From NCBI GenBank assembly GCA_964016885.1, contig OZ024741.1, forward strand, positions 234,856,001-234,920,000: a stretch of DNA of 64,000 bases. The letters run 5' to 3'. The notes beneath the pieces were generated by a model. It saw only the letters and a program-made list of their open reading frames with translations. It did no database searches and was not told where the DNA came from. Shown here piece by piece: positions 23,423 through 37,014 of this stretch. The stretch comes from Eledone cirrhosa (taxonomy: Eukaryota). A program made the translations under genes and the position numbers. The first letter of the stretch is position 1. The number at the start of each line of letters is the position of its first letter.

Positions 23423-23619
23423 TTAACCATTTAGCATTTAAACCGGCCAGAATTCTCTCACCTTTTTCTGTTTAAACCGGCCACTCATACTGATGTTAAA
23501 TTATTGTTCTCAAAATAAATAACACCCAAATCTCGCAGATTCGATATTGTGTGAGATAAAGACGTTACCATGGAAATATAATAGTATATATAGAGTAATG
23601 TAAGTGCTAAATGGGTTAA
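23423..23619. mobile_element. piggyBac-like MITE with TTAA target duplication
   Basis: TTAA|ccatttagcatt...agtgctaaatggg|TTAA; second partial copy at 5549-5717. Confidence 0.75.
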
Positions 23620-23924
23620 ATATACAATATATACACATATTTATATAATCCCTATAGGTACCGAACTAGATGTATATATATATTTAACATAGACATGAGA
23701 CCACAATTTATTTTTTGACTTGAACTAGAAACATAAATAATTCTAACTAAACATGTATTTTTACCCTCGCTCTAACGATTCTACTAATTCACCACCTGAA
23801 CCGATTATACATTACCATTATGCGTAATAATTGTAAGAAATACTTTGCTTTCAAAACTACCTACTACGATATAATTACATATATATAATTACACACACAC
23901 ACACACACACATACATACATATAA

Positions 23925-23955
<31 letters not shown>

Positions 23956-24289
23956 AATAAAAAAAAAAGAGAGAGAGAAAGAGAAGCATACACTTCATCT
24001 CTATGACACTCATAAATCTGTTTACAACTGTTTTTTGACATTGACAACAAAAACAAACCCCATAGACGAGTTATTGAACAGCACAGAACAATAACAACAA
24101 CGTTTATTTATCTGTCTATAGATATCGTATATTGTTTTGTTATTGTAGCGCGTGTTAAATAAACCACATGTTAAATAAATGTAAAAGGAATCAAAGGCAA
24201 ATTGAAAATTATGAAACTCAAGGAAAGTTCGAGGATTCAAGCGTCTTCATATGGTATGATGTAATCAAGGGATCATTAAACTATTTTTC

Positions 24290-24720
24290 TACTATACACC
24301 CCGCCATCTTTGACAGTTACTATGCTAGTATATACATATATGTCTGCTGGGCACACAAGCAATAGGACGTGTGTTTTTTTTCCTGCCAGCGACATATCAA
24401 ACATATCGGTTATTCATCTGAGGATACCGTTCTCATAATCAACAGCAAATGCATGAAGGACATCTCGATTGCATGGAGAACCGTGGAAATCTAAACTACA
24501 ATAAAGGGAGGGGCGCGGGACTGCGTACGGTTTATAATTTTTTTTTATCCCATTAGTAAAATAAGTTGGATTACTTTGAATAAATAATTAATGAATGAAT
24601 ATTTCATAATTTATTTACTAAATTTCGTGGCTGTTGATTAAATATGTTTTGTTTATTTAAAGATTTACTTCTTTAAAATTTCTGAAATGTCAACACTTCC
24701 GGTTGGCGATCGCCTAAATA
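24290..24720. promoter_or_regulatory. Candidate promoter or first-exon region
   Basis: Non-repetitive, locally CpG-richer stretch with YY1-type CCGCCATCTT (24301-24310), ACTACAA (24495-24501), a GC-rich box and ETS-type ACTTCCGG (24695-24702). Motif evidence only. Confidence 0.35.
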
Positions 24721-24757
24721 AACATACTAATTTTCTCCTAATGCAGTTTATATATAA

Positions 24758-26027
24758 CTAGCAGCTGAGCCCGGTTGCACCCGGGGACACTTTTTATTAA
24801 GTTAATAATTTGAAAAATATTATTGAAAGTTTATTATAAAGAAGCAGTTTCAGGAAAAAAAAATAGAAATATGCACTTGGGGCTGGACGGCGTACAATGA
24901 GAAGTGGAGCGACGTGAAAAGCGTTGTTTATTAGCACCGAAATAGCAATGTCGATGATATGCAAGTTTGAAAATGCAGATTATGAAGGTTTGTATGATAG
25001 TTTACACTTTGATTGCCCTGGTCAGCAAGAGGGGCCTCTATATATTAGACGTTTATTAGAAGAGGGGGAAATAACTAACCCCAGTATTAGAACAGGGGGT
25101 TCGCAATGTAAGGGTTTTATTTCTTTTGTTAGAAAACAGTGACCTTTTTCGGTTTGGCATTTCGTAAAATTCTACTGCAGAATCGATTTCATAAAACGGT
25201 ACTGTATGATCGTTATAGAAGTATTTAAATTTAATATAGAGCAACTGTAAATGAAAAATGAAAATGAAACGTACTGTAGAAGGCAACAGTTTATTAACAG
25301 CGAAATAACGTTGTCTTTGATATGTTATTTTAAATAAGACAATGAATATTTAAAAAAAAAAACTGAATTAATAAACTCGGCAACCAAACGGCTTATAGAT
25401 CCCATTCATTAAGTTTACAATGAATATTTTTAAAAAACTGAATGAATTAACTCGGCAACCCAAAGGCTTATAGATCCCATTCATTAAGTTTACATGCATG
25501 TATTCTTTAAACTTTTCATTTGACTTCGAAAAATACTACTTACTGTTAGTGGTTAACATGTATTAGAATTAAAATAAAAACACGCGTCCCTTTTTCGCAA
25601 TTTAAGGGTTTTATTTCTTTTGATGGAAAATAGTGACCGTTTTCGGTTTGGCATTTCGTAAAATGGTACTGCAGAATCGATTTCATAAAACGGTACTGTA
25701 TGTTAACAGCGAAAGAACGTTGATGAGTTTAAAAATTTGTATGAAATTGTAAATAAGACAATGAATATTGAAAGCGACTACGGAAAATAACTCATCCAAG
25801 TATTAGAACAGGGGGAAATAACTCACCGGAAGTGATAGTAAATAGACCGTTTGGGGACCCTAGGGACCACATTTCTCAAGTTAGAGATTTGAAACCTCGT
25901 CTATTTGCTTCCTTAGCACTTTTTACATAGGTGTGTAAATTTTCATGTCCGTCCGACCACGTCTACTACCATTTAACCGTGCACAACTGAATTTCAACCA
26001 CCACCCATTTCACAAATATATATTAGA
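24758..26027 (-). mobile_element. Non-autonomous Helitron
   Basis: Minus strand starts TCTAATATATA (26027) and ends CTAG (24758) after the hairpin ccgggtgcaaccggg; inserted between A and T; internal duplications around 25100-25330 vs 25595-25770. Confidence 0.75.
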
Positions 26028-26263
26028 TATCCTCTTTTTTAATGTATCATGGATTACGTTACTGATTACATAAGACAGTGTAACACAGTCTTCGTTCAAT
26101 TTCTGTGTATATTGTCAATTACGATTTTATTTGATGTATCATATCTACATGTATCTATACTTGCGTATAATATCAATATACACACTACACCGAAGGGTGG
26201 TTTTTCTGCTAGTAATTATAATGATTAAACGATATATGTAACCTCAGCATCTTATTTTGTTTT

Positions 26264-26418
<155 letters not shown>

Positions 26419-26585
26419 GGGGAGAGAGAGAGAGAGAGAAATATACACGGGTGTGTATAGAAGATTATATTAATAAAAGGAATTCCAACTTTGTCTGATT
26501 TACTCGTTTTATTTACAATCCTTTAAAATTTATAATGGTATTAGAATGAAATAGTATGGTAGAATATTAAATGTTAAGTGTTAAT

Positions 26586-26624
26586 TGAACAAGTACTTTC
26601 ATGCTTTCGCAATCTTCAGGTTCA
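26586..26624 (-). ncRNA. Minimal type I hammerhead ribozyme
   Basis: Exact reverse complement of 26699-26737. Confidence 0.78.
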
Positions 26625-26698
26625 TATTCTGTGGTGACAGTCAAGTTTGCAATTTTCAACTGTATGAAAATTGCAAACTTGACTGTCACCACAGAATA

Positions 26699-26737
26699 TG
26701 AACCTGAAGATTGCGAAAGCATGAAAGTACTTGTTCA
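26699..26737 (+). ncRNA. Minimal type I hammerhead ribozyme
   Basis: tgaac-CTGAAGA-t-tgc-gaaa-gca-t-GAAA-gtac-TT-gttca: 5-bp stem I, GNRA-capped stem II, palindromic AGUACU stem III, CUU site. Confidence 0.78.
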
Positions 26738-26827
26738 ATTAACACTTAACATTTAATATTCTACCATACTATTTCATTCTAATACCATTATAAATAAAAC
26801 GAGTAAATCAGACAAAGTTGGAATTCC

Positions 26828-27030
26828 TTTTATTAATATATATATTTATATGCAGAGGTTATATTTAATTTGTTGGTATTCAACAAGCTTAAAAACTACC
26901 CAGGAGGCTCCAACCGTTAAGGTTGTTTTTTTCCGGGTATGTCAATATTTATTTCTAAAACAAATCTGTATTTTATCTGATGAAAGCGCACCATATATAT
27001 ATATATGGTGCGCTTTCACCAGATAAAATC
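26828..27030. mobile_element. Rearranged fragment of the 8.1-kb hammerhead family, folded back inside stem II
   Basis: accgttaagg...tgtattttatCTGATGAaagcgcacca matches 8307-8383, then (TA)n and an inverted copy tggtgcgctttcaccagataaaat. Confidence 0.65.
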
Positions 27031-27117
27031 AATATATATATATATAATGTATAATAAACAATACAATATAATTACCTCATTACCAGAGGTTTCCCGAATA
27101 AGACGAATACGAAAAAC

Positions 27118-27365
27118 ATGTGTTGTTTCCTTGAGCAAGACACTTTATTTCACATTGCTCCAGTTTACTCAGCTGTAGAAATGAGATGATAGGGAGTGGG
27201 GCCCATATCATTCCACTGCAAAGTGGTCGTGGAGGTACCACCCAGCACTCACTGTAAATGAGGTTGGAAGGGCATCCAGCTGTAGAAATCAAGCCAGAAT
27301 CAGTTCCCGTCCCACCCTTGCAAGCAGGGAAAAAGCGGACGTAAAATGAAATGATGATGATGATA
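27118..27365 (+). mobile_element. SINE family B, 5'-truncated
   Basis: Matches 37060-37370; (GAT)n tail. Confidence 0.8.
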
Positions 27366-27390
27366 TATATTGATGATATATATGTATGTG

Positions 27391-27429
<39 letters not shown>

Positions 27430-28911
27430 AACGGTATTGAATTAGTATATTAAGTGACACATGTGCCCTTGATGTAATCCTGGAGCAGAATCAGTGAGAC
27501 ATGACTTGCCCTTTAAATTACTGACGGGCTTCAACACAGTTTATGTCCTCTTGTTCACTCGCAAAGCTTGGGTCAACAAGAAATTATGGTAAAAGGTCCT
27601 CGCACAAAATGCCATACAGTGGGATCGACTCAGAATCTCGTGATTGCAAAAAGAATTTCCTAACTACTCGGCTATGGACTCACACAAATAGTTTATAAAT
27701 ACAAAAACATATGCGACATCTATTTTTAGTTCTTTCTCTTTCTTCTACTCTCATATATAGTCTTTCTCTCTAACCCCCTCTTACACAGATTTTTCTCTCT
27801 CTCTCTCTCTCTCTTCCTCTTAACTCACTCATAGACTGTCTTTCCCTATCTCTCTTACATATAGACAGTCGTTCTCTCTCTCCTATCCTAATTTTCTCAA
27901 ATATACAGCCTTTCTCTTTCCCTCCCCACCTCTCTCATATAGAGAGTCTTTCTCTACAACTTCCATACGCAACCCATTCACTCTCTCTGTCTCTCTTTCT
28001 CCTACTCTCTCTCTCTCAAGCATGTTATGTCAACAGTTAGTTAACGTTTATTATATTCATGGATGGGGGACGTCGGGGGTGGTGTTAGTGCGTAATATAT
28101 AACAACCGCCGCCACAACCACCGAGCCATCGTCACCAACAACCACCGCTGCCATTTTCGCCCCAGGTCATCCTGATCCAGAAACCTATGACCATCTCATC
28201 TTTTTAGAAGTATGTTGGCAGTGGGGGATAAAGGGAGTGGGGTGGGCCTCTGACTGTGCTGAAGACAAGGGCCCAACAGTATTTGAAAGGGCCCCAAATT
28301 AATATGTTTGGTATCATAAATAATATATTAGTTTCACGCAAGGTCTATGATTAAATTTCTAATCAGAAGGCCTCACGCAAGCTTAATCTGCACCCATCTA
28401 CCACCTATATGAAGGATTACATTATCTAATATATTCTTCACTTATTCAAGCTGGTGGTGTGTAATTTCAGTGCCATTTGGCTGTTATTTCTAGCAGAACG
28501 AGCGTTCACGAATGACGAAAAGTTAATATTGCTTTGGTTTTATTAATATTCCATGTATTAACGTAAATATTTTAACACTAACTTAGCTAGCCACACACAC
28601 ACACACACACACACACTTTTATTAGAATGCTGTTGAAGTGTGTATACAATTTTTGGGGACACCGTGTATTATTGACGAACACGAGAACGACTACTCAATA
28701 TCGAAGTAGAGTTTAAATATTAATTTATCATGGCTAAGTGGTGATCCTTGTTATTCTGGAGTAGAATGGTAATGGCCTTTTTATTGTGACAGTGGATGGA
28801 GGGAATCAAATGAAACGGTTCAGTAGATTTCTGCTTGAGAGTAGTGATTGGTAATGTGTAAGATGGTGGTGGTGATGAAAATAACTTTGAAGAGTAGAAG
28901 AGTATAGAGAG

Positions 28912-29513
28912 CAGGGGTGTGCAACATATTCCATTGGCGGGCCACATTTGAACATTGCAACAACTATTAGGGCCATTAATATTTATTAAGCACTATTCCA
29001 AAGATTCACCACAACTTCTTTCCATAACATGGAACTGGGAGATTATAACACACATAACCCCTATTAGTGAAGCCCTTTAGTATAGGACAACTGGGAAATT
29101 ATAACACACATAAGCCTATCAGTGAAGCCCTTTAGTATAAGACAACTGGGAAATTATAACACACATAAGCCTACCAGTGGAGCCCTTTAGTATAGGTCAA
29201 CTGGGAAATTATAACACACATAAGCCTATCAGTGAAGCCCTTTAGTATAGGTCAACTGGGAAATTATAACACACATAAGCCGATCAGTGAAGCCCTTTAG
29301 TATAGGACAACTGGGAGATTATAACACACATAAGCCTATCAGTGAAGCCCTTTAGTATAGGACAACTGGGAAATTATAACACACATAAGCCTATCAGTGG
29401 AGCCCTTTAGTATAGGTCAACTAAAAAAATAAAAAACGGTCATTGCGGGACACTGTGACTGATCTGGCGGGCTGGATTGTGGCCCGCGGGCCGCCTGTTG
29501 CACACCACCCCTG
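28912..29513. mobile_element. hAT/Charlie-like non-autonomous element
   Basis: Termini CAGGGGTG-tgcaaca...tgttgcacac-CACCCCTG, subterminal gcgggcc motifs, imperfect 8-bp flanks atagagag/atatagag. Confidence 0.75.
29033..29422. repeat. 55-bp minisatellite, 7 copies, inside the hAT element
   Basis: Unit aactgggaaattataacacacataagcctatcagtgaagccctttagtataggac. Confidence 0.95.
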
Positions 29514-29539
29514 ATATAGAGTATTTAGTGGATAATGGG

Positions 29540-29850
29540 GTTCCCACGAATGGTCTTTGGAATAACGTTACTCCAATGAGTGCGTAGCTCGGAGATCAGA
29601 GAGTCACTCCAGGTAGAGCTGCTACTTCTCCGACTTGAGAGATCACAGCCCCGATACTATGGCCGTGCGGTTAGAATGTCTCAGGAAAAAATCGAGAGGC
29701 AGATTTTATGGGCAAAACCAATTGGAAGGAGACCCAGAGCAAGATGGTTGGTCTCGCTTGGGTATCCAGTTGGATCAATTGGAGACAGTTGCCTTTGACA
29801 GGACTCGTGCATGTTTGAGGACTCTTCCACCACGACACTCCCGGAAATAA
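29540..29850 (+). pseudogene. RTE-clade LINE 3' fragment
   Basis: RSSEIRESLQVELLLLRLERSQPRYYGRAVRMSQE...KPIGRRPRARW resembles the RTE LRWxGHVxRM...GRRPRGRP C-terminus. Confidence 0.75.
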
Positions 29851-30618
29851 TTGGGCGAAGAAGAATAAAGATTTACTTTTATAAACAATGGGTGATGAGG
29901 ATGAAGTATGACATATGAGAAAGACGAGAGAGGGGTATGAAAAGAAAAGGAAATAAGAAGTCAAAGAAAAAGAAATGGACATGGTATATACGGTGGTGAT
30001 GATGATGGTGAAATTAGCAAAAAGGGAAGTTTGAGGCTATGATGAATAGAAAGTAACTTAGGTGGCGGTGGATAAAATATTTAGTGGATAATTGAACTAC
30101 TTGAGAATACAAGGGGTGCATGTATGTATGTATGTATATATATGTGTGTGTGTGTGTGTGTGTATGTGTGTGCAAGACGGGATTCTGCACAATTTCCGTC
30201 TACCAAATTTAAGACATTAGACATTGGTCAATTCAAGGCTAATATAGAAAGAAAACACTTGTCCAAGGAACCACGAAGTTGGATTGAGATCGAAAACTTG
30301 GTTTCGAAGCGAACTCCTGAATCACACAGTCATGCTTAGAAAGATAGAGAGAACAAGGGAGAGTGTATCCAAACAAAATTTTGCAAATAATGGATAACAT
30401 TAAAAGCAAAGTTATTAGCGATGAAATAAATAAATAAAATGTTATTTCGACGTTTCAGACAAAACCCCTTTTCGGAAAGTAGATGGAGAATGAAAAAAGA
30501 GAAGAAACAAAAAGAAAAAGAAAAACTATAGAGTTTATCATATGACAGTCATTTTGAAAATGCATATCCGTTTATATGCTTATAGATATACTTGCAGATA
30601 TGACGAGGGTAAATACAA

Positions 30619-30668
<50 letters not shown>

Positions 30669-30780
30669 GGCATGTATGTAAATGTGCATAACAGTCAGTC
30701 ACGAATATAGGTATAAACAGATAGATTATTAATATATATAGAGAGAGACAGGCTGATACATAAATAATTGAAATAAATTG

Positions 30781-30852
<72 letters not shown>

Positions 30853-30975
30853 GCTAATACACACACATACATACATATATATGTATATGTGTGTGTATGT
30901 GAATATAGAAGTTTTCTATATTCACATACATGTTCAAGGTAGATATTTTTTTTTACTAAGGATCCTCCAATAGTT

Positions 30976-31105
<130 letters not shown>

Positions 31106-31214
31106 AGGACGAATGGTTAAGCCTTCATTACGTTTATTGGTTAGTGACGCGCGTTTCGCCATTGATCAGCTCAAGGTTCGATCTGTAATCCTATATATAT
31201 ATATATAGAGAGAG

Positions 31215-31480
31215 TTTCTCGTTACCAACCTTCCACCACTGTATCTCCGTCGGTTACGACGACGAGTGTTCGAGTTGATACGATCAACAGAACAGCCTGC
31301 TCGTGAACTTAATGTGCAAATGGCCGAGCATTCCCGAGGCACGTAGTTCTCAAGGAGATTCAACGTGACACAGATTATGACAAGGCTTAGGCAACGTGAA
31401 ATAAAGTGACTGCCGGGAATCGAACTCACCACCTTACAATCGTGAGCCGAAAACCCTAATCACTAAGCCGTACGCCTTCA
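31215..31480 (-). mobile_element. tRNA-derived SINE (family-B-like head)
   Basis: Minus strand ggcgtacggcttagtgattaggg...gtgagttcgattcccgg. Confidence 0.65.
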
Positions 31481-31789
31481 CAATACTGAACACAGCTGGT
31501 ATCTTCCAGAGAGAGAGAGGGAGAGGGGGGGATAGACCCCAGTAATAGATTGGTATTTTTTTATCGTCCTCGAAAACGAGGAAAAGCAAAGTTGATCTAG
31601 ATGAGATTTGAACTTAGAGTGCAGAGAGCCAAAATGAATAATGCAAAGCATTCTATTTGACATGCTAATGACTTTGCCAATATGCTGTCCAAGAAGAATG
31701 AAAATGGGAGAGGAAAAGTCTTGACGAAGTAAAGGAGGAGGTGGAAAAAGAAGACAGAAACAATGGAAGAATACAGATAGTCTTCTTCG

Positions 31790-32285
31790 CCCACTTATTC
31801 CTGAGAAGGTCGTGGGGTAGAGTCCTCAAATACTCCTTCCAGAGGGTCCTGTCAAAAGCAACCATCTCCAATTGATCTGGCTGAGACCAGCTGAGCTTAT
31901 GGATGTTATCCAACCATCTTTCTTGGTATCTACCTCTGGGTCTCCTGCCAGTTGGTTTTGACCGTAAAATCTGTCTAGTGATTCTTTTCTGAGACAGTCT
32001 AACTACATGCAAATAGTATCAGAGCTGTGATCTCTCAATTCGGAGAAGTAGCGGCTCTACTTGGAGTGTCTCTCTGATCTCCGAGCTACGCACTCTATCG
32101 AGTAATGTTACTCCAAAGACCATTCAAAGGAATCCCATTTTGGCCGCTTGTATTCTTTCGGTTATTACCCAAGATTCGTGACCGTAGATATGGGTTGGCA
32201 CGAATACAAAATTGAAGATAGTGAGTTTGGCTTTTACACCTACATCCATTCTTCTGATTACCGAATGCTGAAGCTGGCTCATTAT
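31790..32285 (-). pseudogene. RTE-clade LINE 3' fragment, same family as 29540-29850
   Basis: KAKLTIFNFVFVPTHIYGHESWVITERIQAAKMGFL...HVVRLSQKRITRQILRSKPTGRRPRGRYQERWLDNI, with frameshifts. Confidence 0.8.
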
Positions 32286-32384
32286 CGAGAGATAGAGTGA
32301 AAGAGAATGAAGTGGGGTGGAAAGAAAAAACAACGAAAGTCGTTAAGAAAAGTAAAAAGAAGGAAGATATGAGACAATAACAGT

Positions 32385-32990
32385 AATGATTTCTAAATTA
32401 AGCACAATACCAACAATTTGTGGGGAGAGGGAAAGTTAATAACATCAACCCTAGTACATGACTGGTACTTTATTTTATTATTTTATCAACTTTTGAAGTA
32501 TGAAAGGCAATGTTGATCTTGGAAGGATTTGAAATTAAAACGTAGAGGACTGTAATGAAATACTGTAAAGCATTTCTTCGCATGCTCTAACGATTCTGGC
32601 AATCCACTGTCGCCTTTAAAAACTTCTTCTAACATCGGTACAAGGCTGTCAATTTGGGGTGAAGGAGAAAGTCGATTAAATTGGCCCCAGTACTTAACTG
32701 GTACATTATTTTATTGACCCCGGAACGATGAAAGGGAAAGTTTACCTCTGCAAGATTTCAGCTCAGATCGTAGAAATCCACCACATTAACAAAAGCATCA
32801 ATGATTACGTCTAATTTAAGTACAAGGCCAGCAATTTGTGGGTGGGGCAATGTCAATTATATTGACATCAGTACTTAACTGGTATTAAATTTTATCAATC
32901 CTTGGAGGATGAAAGGCAAAGTTGACCTCAGAACGTAGAAAGTCGTAACTAAGAGCTGTAAAGCATGTTTTATTCTGACGCTCTCGATAC
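32385..32990 (-). mobile_element. Diverged SINE family A cluster (about 3 copies)
   Basis: Repeated actggtac..tttatt..atgaaaggcaaagttgacct. Confidence 0.7.
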
Positions 32991-33450
32991 AACAACAACA
33001 ATGATGATGATGATGACAACAATGATGATGACAACAACGATGATAATGATAAGAAGAACTACAACGAAATGAAGGAAGAAAGGAAATATAAAGAACAAAG
33101 AAAAAGAGGGAAATCCGATTAGAAATAGAAAGGATAAAAGAAATAAAAGGAGAACAGAAAGAAGGAAAGGAAAGAAGAAAATGAGCAGAAAAGGAGGAGA
33201 TGAGAAAAAATATAAAGAAGATAAGAGACCGGAAAAAAGGAGAGAAGGAGAGATAAAAAGGAAGGAAATGTCCTGAAATGGAAGGAAGGGAGGGAGAAGA
33301 GAGAGAAAGAAGGTATATAAAATTGGAGGAGAGGGAGAGGGAGAGGGAGGGGCAGTGTGTGAGATGGAATGGAAGTGAGGTAATGTTAGTTGTGGGGTTG
33401 GATGAAGTTGATCATATATATATCTAGGGCGGGTAAAATTCCCGAGATCC

Positions 33451-33546
<96 letters not shown>

Positions 33547-33639
33547 GAAGTAATTTCGTCGGAAAAGTCCAGGAAAAAAGAGTGCTCTATGTAGGTAACA
33601 GAGCTTAATAGTTATGTAATAAACAACATAAGGCAATTA

Positions 33640-33699
33640 TTCCATTTACCAGTGGTTTCTTAAAAGCAAAAAATTTTGCTTTCAATCATCAGAATGAAA
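33640..33699 (-). ncRNA. Type I hammerhead ribozyme in a ~160-bp TA-flanked insert (33543-33702)
   Basis: Minus strand: tttcatt-CTGATGA-ttgaaagcaaaa-tt-ttttgcttttaa-GAAA-ccactgg-TA-aatggaa; GUA site. Confidence 0.85.
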
Positions 33700-33744
33700 A
33701 AATATATATATATAAATTACACATACACATACATATATATAAAT

Positions 33745-33849
<105 letters not shown>

Positions 33850-34079
33850 TTGCGAGGTTTTTTATATGAAATCGTGTGTCGAAACAGATATTGTTATATT
33901 TGGGGAGGGTCATATTTGCGTAATATTGCCAGAATTAATAACAGAACACACTCACTGTTTGGTTGGTTTTCGCTTCTCGCTGTCTTTTATATATATATAT
34001 CTGCGATCTAACTTACTCGGTCCTCAATGTTGCCATTGACTGACCGGCGGTCAAAAATAATACAGATACAATATAGACA

Positions 34080-34152
34080 AACACATATATATATAGTTTA
34101 CATAATTTACATAAATCTTTCGTTGCACATCTGCAACATCGTCAGTGGTGTT
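34080..34152 (-). ncRNA. Hammerhead-like motif in the inverted pLTR copy
   Basis: Mirror of 36096-36159 with an extra 9-nt duplication in stem III. Confidence 0.5.
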
Positions 34153-34676
34153 ATATTCATTGTTCCTCCTGTTGTGTTGTATGTCTACGCCATTTTTTTT
34201 TTGTTCAGTCTGTCTATATATTTATTTATTTATTTATTTGCTTGTTTGTTTATCTTATTTTATTTTGTCTTCTTTGCGCATGCGTTTGCGTGTGTGTATA
34301 GTGTTATGTGTGATGTGTGACTAGTGTGTATAGTGTTGTGTCTGCTGGGTGACTAGTGTGTGTTTATGTGCTTGTGTATGTATTTATTTATCTTATTTTA
34401 TTTAATTTAATTTACTTATTTATTTATACTTCTCTTAGGTCAGTGTTGTTTGTTTGGGTGTTGTTGTTGTTCCACTCATTCTTTCTGTTTAGCTTTGGTC
34501 TTCTAATTTCTATTTCACTGGCCTCTCTGATTTGCCTATCTGCTGGGTCATTCCTATGTTTAGATATTATTCTAATTTCTATGTTGTCTATGTTACCGTC
34601 ATGATGTTGTCTAGCATGTTCGTATAGTACTGACCCGTTTTTTCGTCCTTTTAGTCCTATATCAATATAGTTATAA

Positions 34677-35825
34677 GATATCAATATAGTTATAAGAACA
34701 CCCCCACTAGAGAGCACTAACAAGTTTGATTTAGAACGTAGCACGATGGAAAGCATCCAGCAGATAGCTAATTCCATACACCAGAGTATAACTGTAACTA
34801 TAGACTTCCCTTCCAAACACCCTAACAATAGACTACCTGTATTAGACACAGAACTCTGGATTAACACTATAGACGAGAGAGCCCAAATTCTCCACTCACA
34901 CTATGCTAAACCCATGGCCTCCAAATACCTGATACTCAAAAACTCAGCAATGTCCAGTAGTGCTAAGTTTAATATTCTGATCGCAGATTTGGTACGAGTG
35001 ATGAAGAATGTGTCCAGCATGTGCGACCCAACAGAAATGGAAGGACACATCCAACACTTCATCAACCGCATGCAGTTCTCTGGCTACAACCAAAGAGACA
35101 GAGTCAGAGTATACGAAGGAGCCATGGAAAAGTATAAGACCCTCATAGAACTGGACATGAAAGGAATTTGCCCACTATACAGGAGCAAATCATGGAATAG
35201 CTTAGATAGGGCTAGACATAAGATAGGGAAGGCCACATCATGGTACGACAACCAGAGATATCAGAGTGTCATGTTTGTGGACGCCACCCCTGGAGGGAAA
35301 TTAGCTAACCAGTGTAGAAAGGCCCTGAGAAAGACCCACTTAAAAATAAAGGTGGTAGAAAAGCCAGGAACCACCATAAAATCCCTGATCAGCAAAACCT
35401 ACCCTTTTAAGAAAACCCACTGTACCAATAGGAAATGTATCATATGTAAGGTGAACCCCCGGATAAACTGTAAAACTAGAAACGTAGTCTATAGCATAAG
35501 ATGTACAGAGGGTACTTGCAGAAACACGACAACAACATACATAGGTGAGACAGCTCGTAGCATAGGTGAAAGGATAGACCAACACTGGGGGGAACTAAAA
35601 GGACGAAAAAACGGGTCAGTACTATACGAACATGCTAGACAACATCATGACGGTAACATAGACAACATAGAAATTAGAATAATATCTAAACATAGGAATG
35701 ACCCAGCAGATAGGCAAATCAGAGAGGCCAGTGAAATAGAAATTAGAAGACCAAAGCTAAACAGAAAGAATGAGTGGAACAACAACAACACCCAAACAAA
35801 CAACACTGACCTAAGAGAAGTATAA
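34677..35825 (+). pseudogene. Penelope-like ORF remnant: RT C-terminus/thumb, CxxxxCxxC linker and GIY-YIG endonuclease
   Basis: Frame is open from 34677 (first ATG 34746, 359 aa). LPVLDTELW and HYAKP RT-end motifs; HCTNRKCIIC; NVVYSIRC...YIGETARSIGERIDQH...EH..QHH...RQIREA...LNRKNEW. The RT core is missing. Confidence 0.9.
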
Positions 35826-36095
35826 ATAAATAAGTAAATTAAATTAAATAAAATAAGATAAATAAATACATACACAAGCACATAAACACACACTAGTCAC
35901 CCAGCAGACACAACACTATACACACTAGTCACACATCACACATAACACTATACACACACGCAAACGCATGCGCAAAGAAGACAAAATAAAATAAGATAAA
36001 CAAACAAGCAAATAAATAAATAAATAAATATATAGACAGACTGAACAAAAAAAAATGGCGTAGACATACAACACAACAGGAGGAACAATGAATAT

Positions 36096-36159
36096 AACAC
36101 CACTGACGATGTTGCAGATGTGCAACGAAAGATTTATGTAAACTATATATATATGTGTT
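36096..36159 (+). ncRNA. Hammerhead-like motif in the Penelope 3' pLTR
   Basis: CTGACGA (36103-36109), stem II gttgca-gatg-tgcaac, GAAA (36127-36130), stem III gattta/taaac-TA; stem I aacacca/tgtgtt is interrupted by a TA run. Confidence 0.55.
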
Positions 36160-36343
36160 TGTCTATATTGTATCTGTATTATTTTTGACCGCCGGTCAGT
36201 CAATGGCAACATTGAGGACCGAGTAAGTTAGATCGCAGATATATATATATAAAAGACAGCGAGAAGCGAAAACCAACCAAACAGTGAGTGTGTTCTGTTA
36301 TTAATTCTGGCAATATTACGCAAATATGACCCTCCCCAAATAT

Positions 36344-36543
<200 letters not shown>

Positions 36544-36970
36544 ATGTGTAATGAATATTTTCTCAGCATAGTAACTTGCTACCTAAGGTTTCAAAGCCTT
36601 CTCTACCATAGATAGTAGACATTATATATGTTAATGTTGCTTATCTTTTAGAAAATGCAGCTACGCAAAACTAAGAGACATCTGCATTTTTACCTCGTCA
36701 GCCACATTGCAAGCCATGCAATTTCATATATTAAAGAGGTATTGCACTTGTAATGTCCGTCTGTGCGACAGATTAGAAAACAGCTCCGTTGCTAAGATGT
36801 ATAACAAAACAATGGAAAAGAAAACTTACGGGCATCTTCCAACAAAAATAAATATGTAAAAAAAATTACGACTAAAAATACACAGCAGGCTTAGCATGTA
36901 ACATGTTAATGGAGAAATAAATGAACATTTTGACTTCCGTTAGAGTTCATTAGAAAATGAGAGAACGATA

Positions 36971-37014
<44 letters not shown>

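Larger units (their letters stand above)
26466..26840. mobile_element. Near-perfect fold-back (~180-190-bp arms, 6-nt spacer), pLTR/retrozyme-like
   Basis: 26466-26658 is the reverse complement of 26665-26840 apart from a ~15-nt indel; each arm holds a hammerhead. Confidence 0.85.

Noticed and set aside
34424-34867. Separate 147-aa minus-strand gene
   Set aside because: Chimera of antisense RT sequence and the inverted copy of the GIY-YIG C-terminus.
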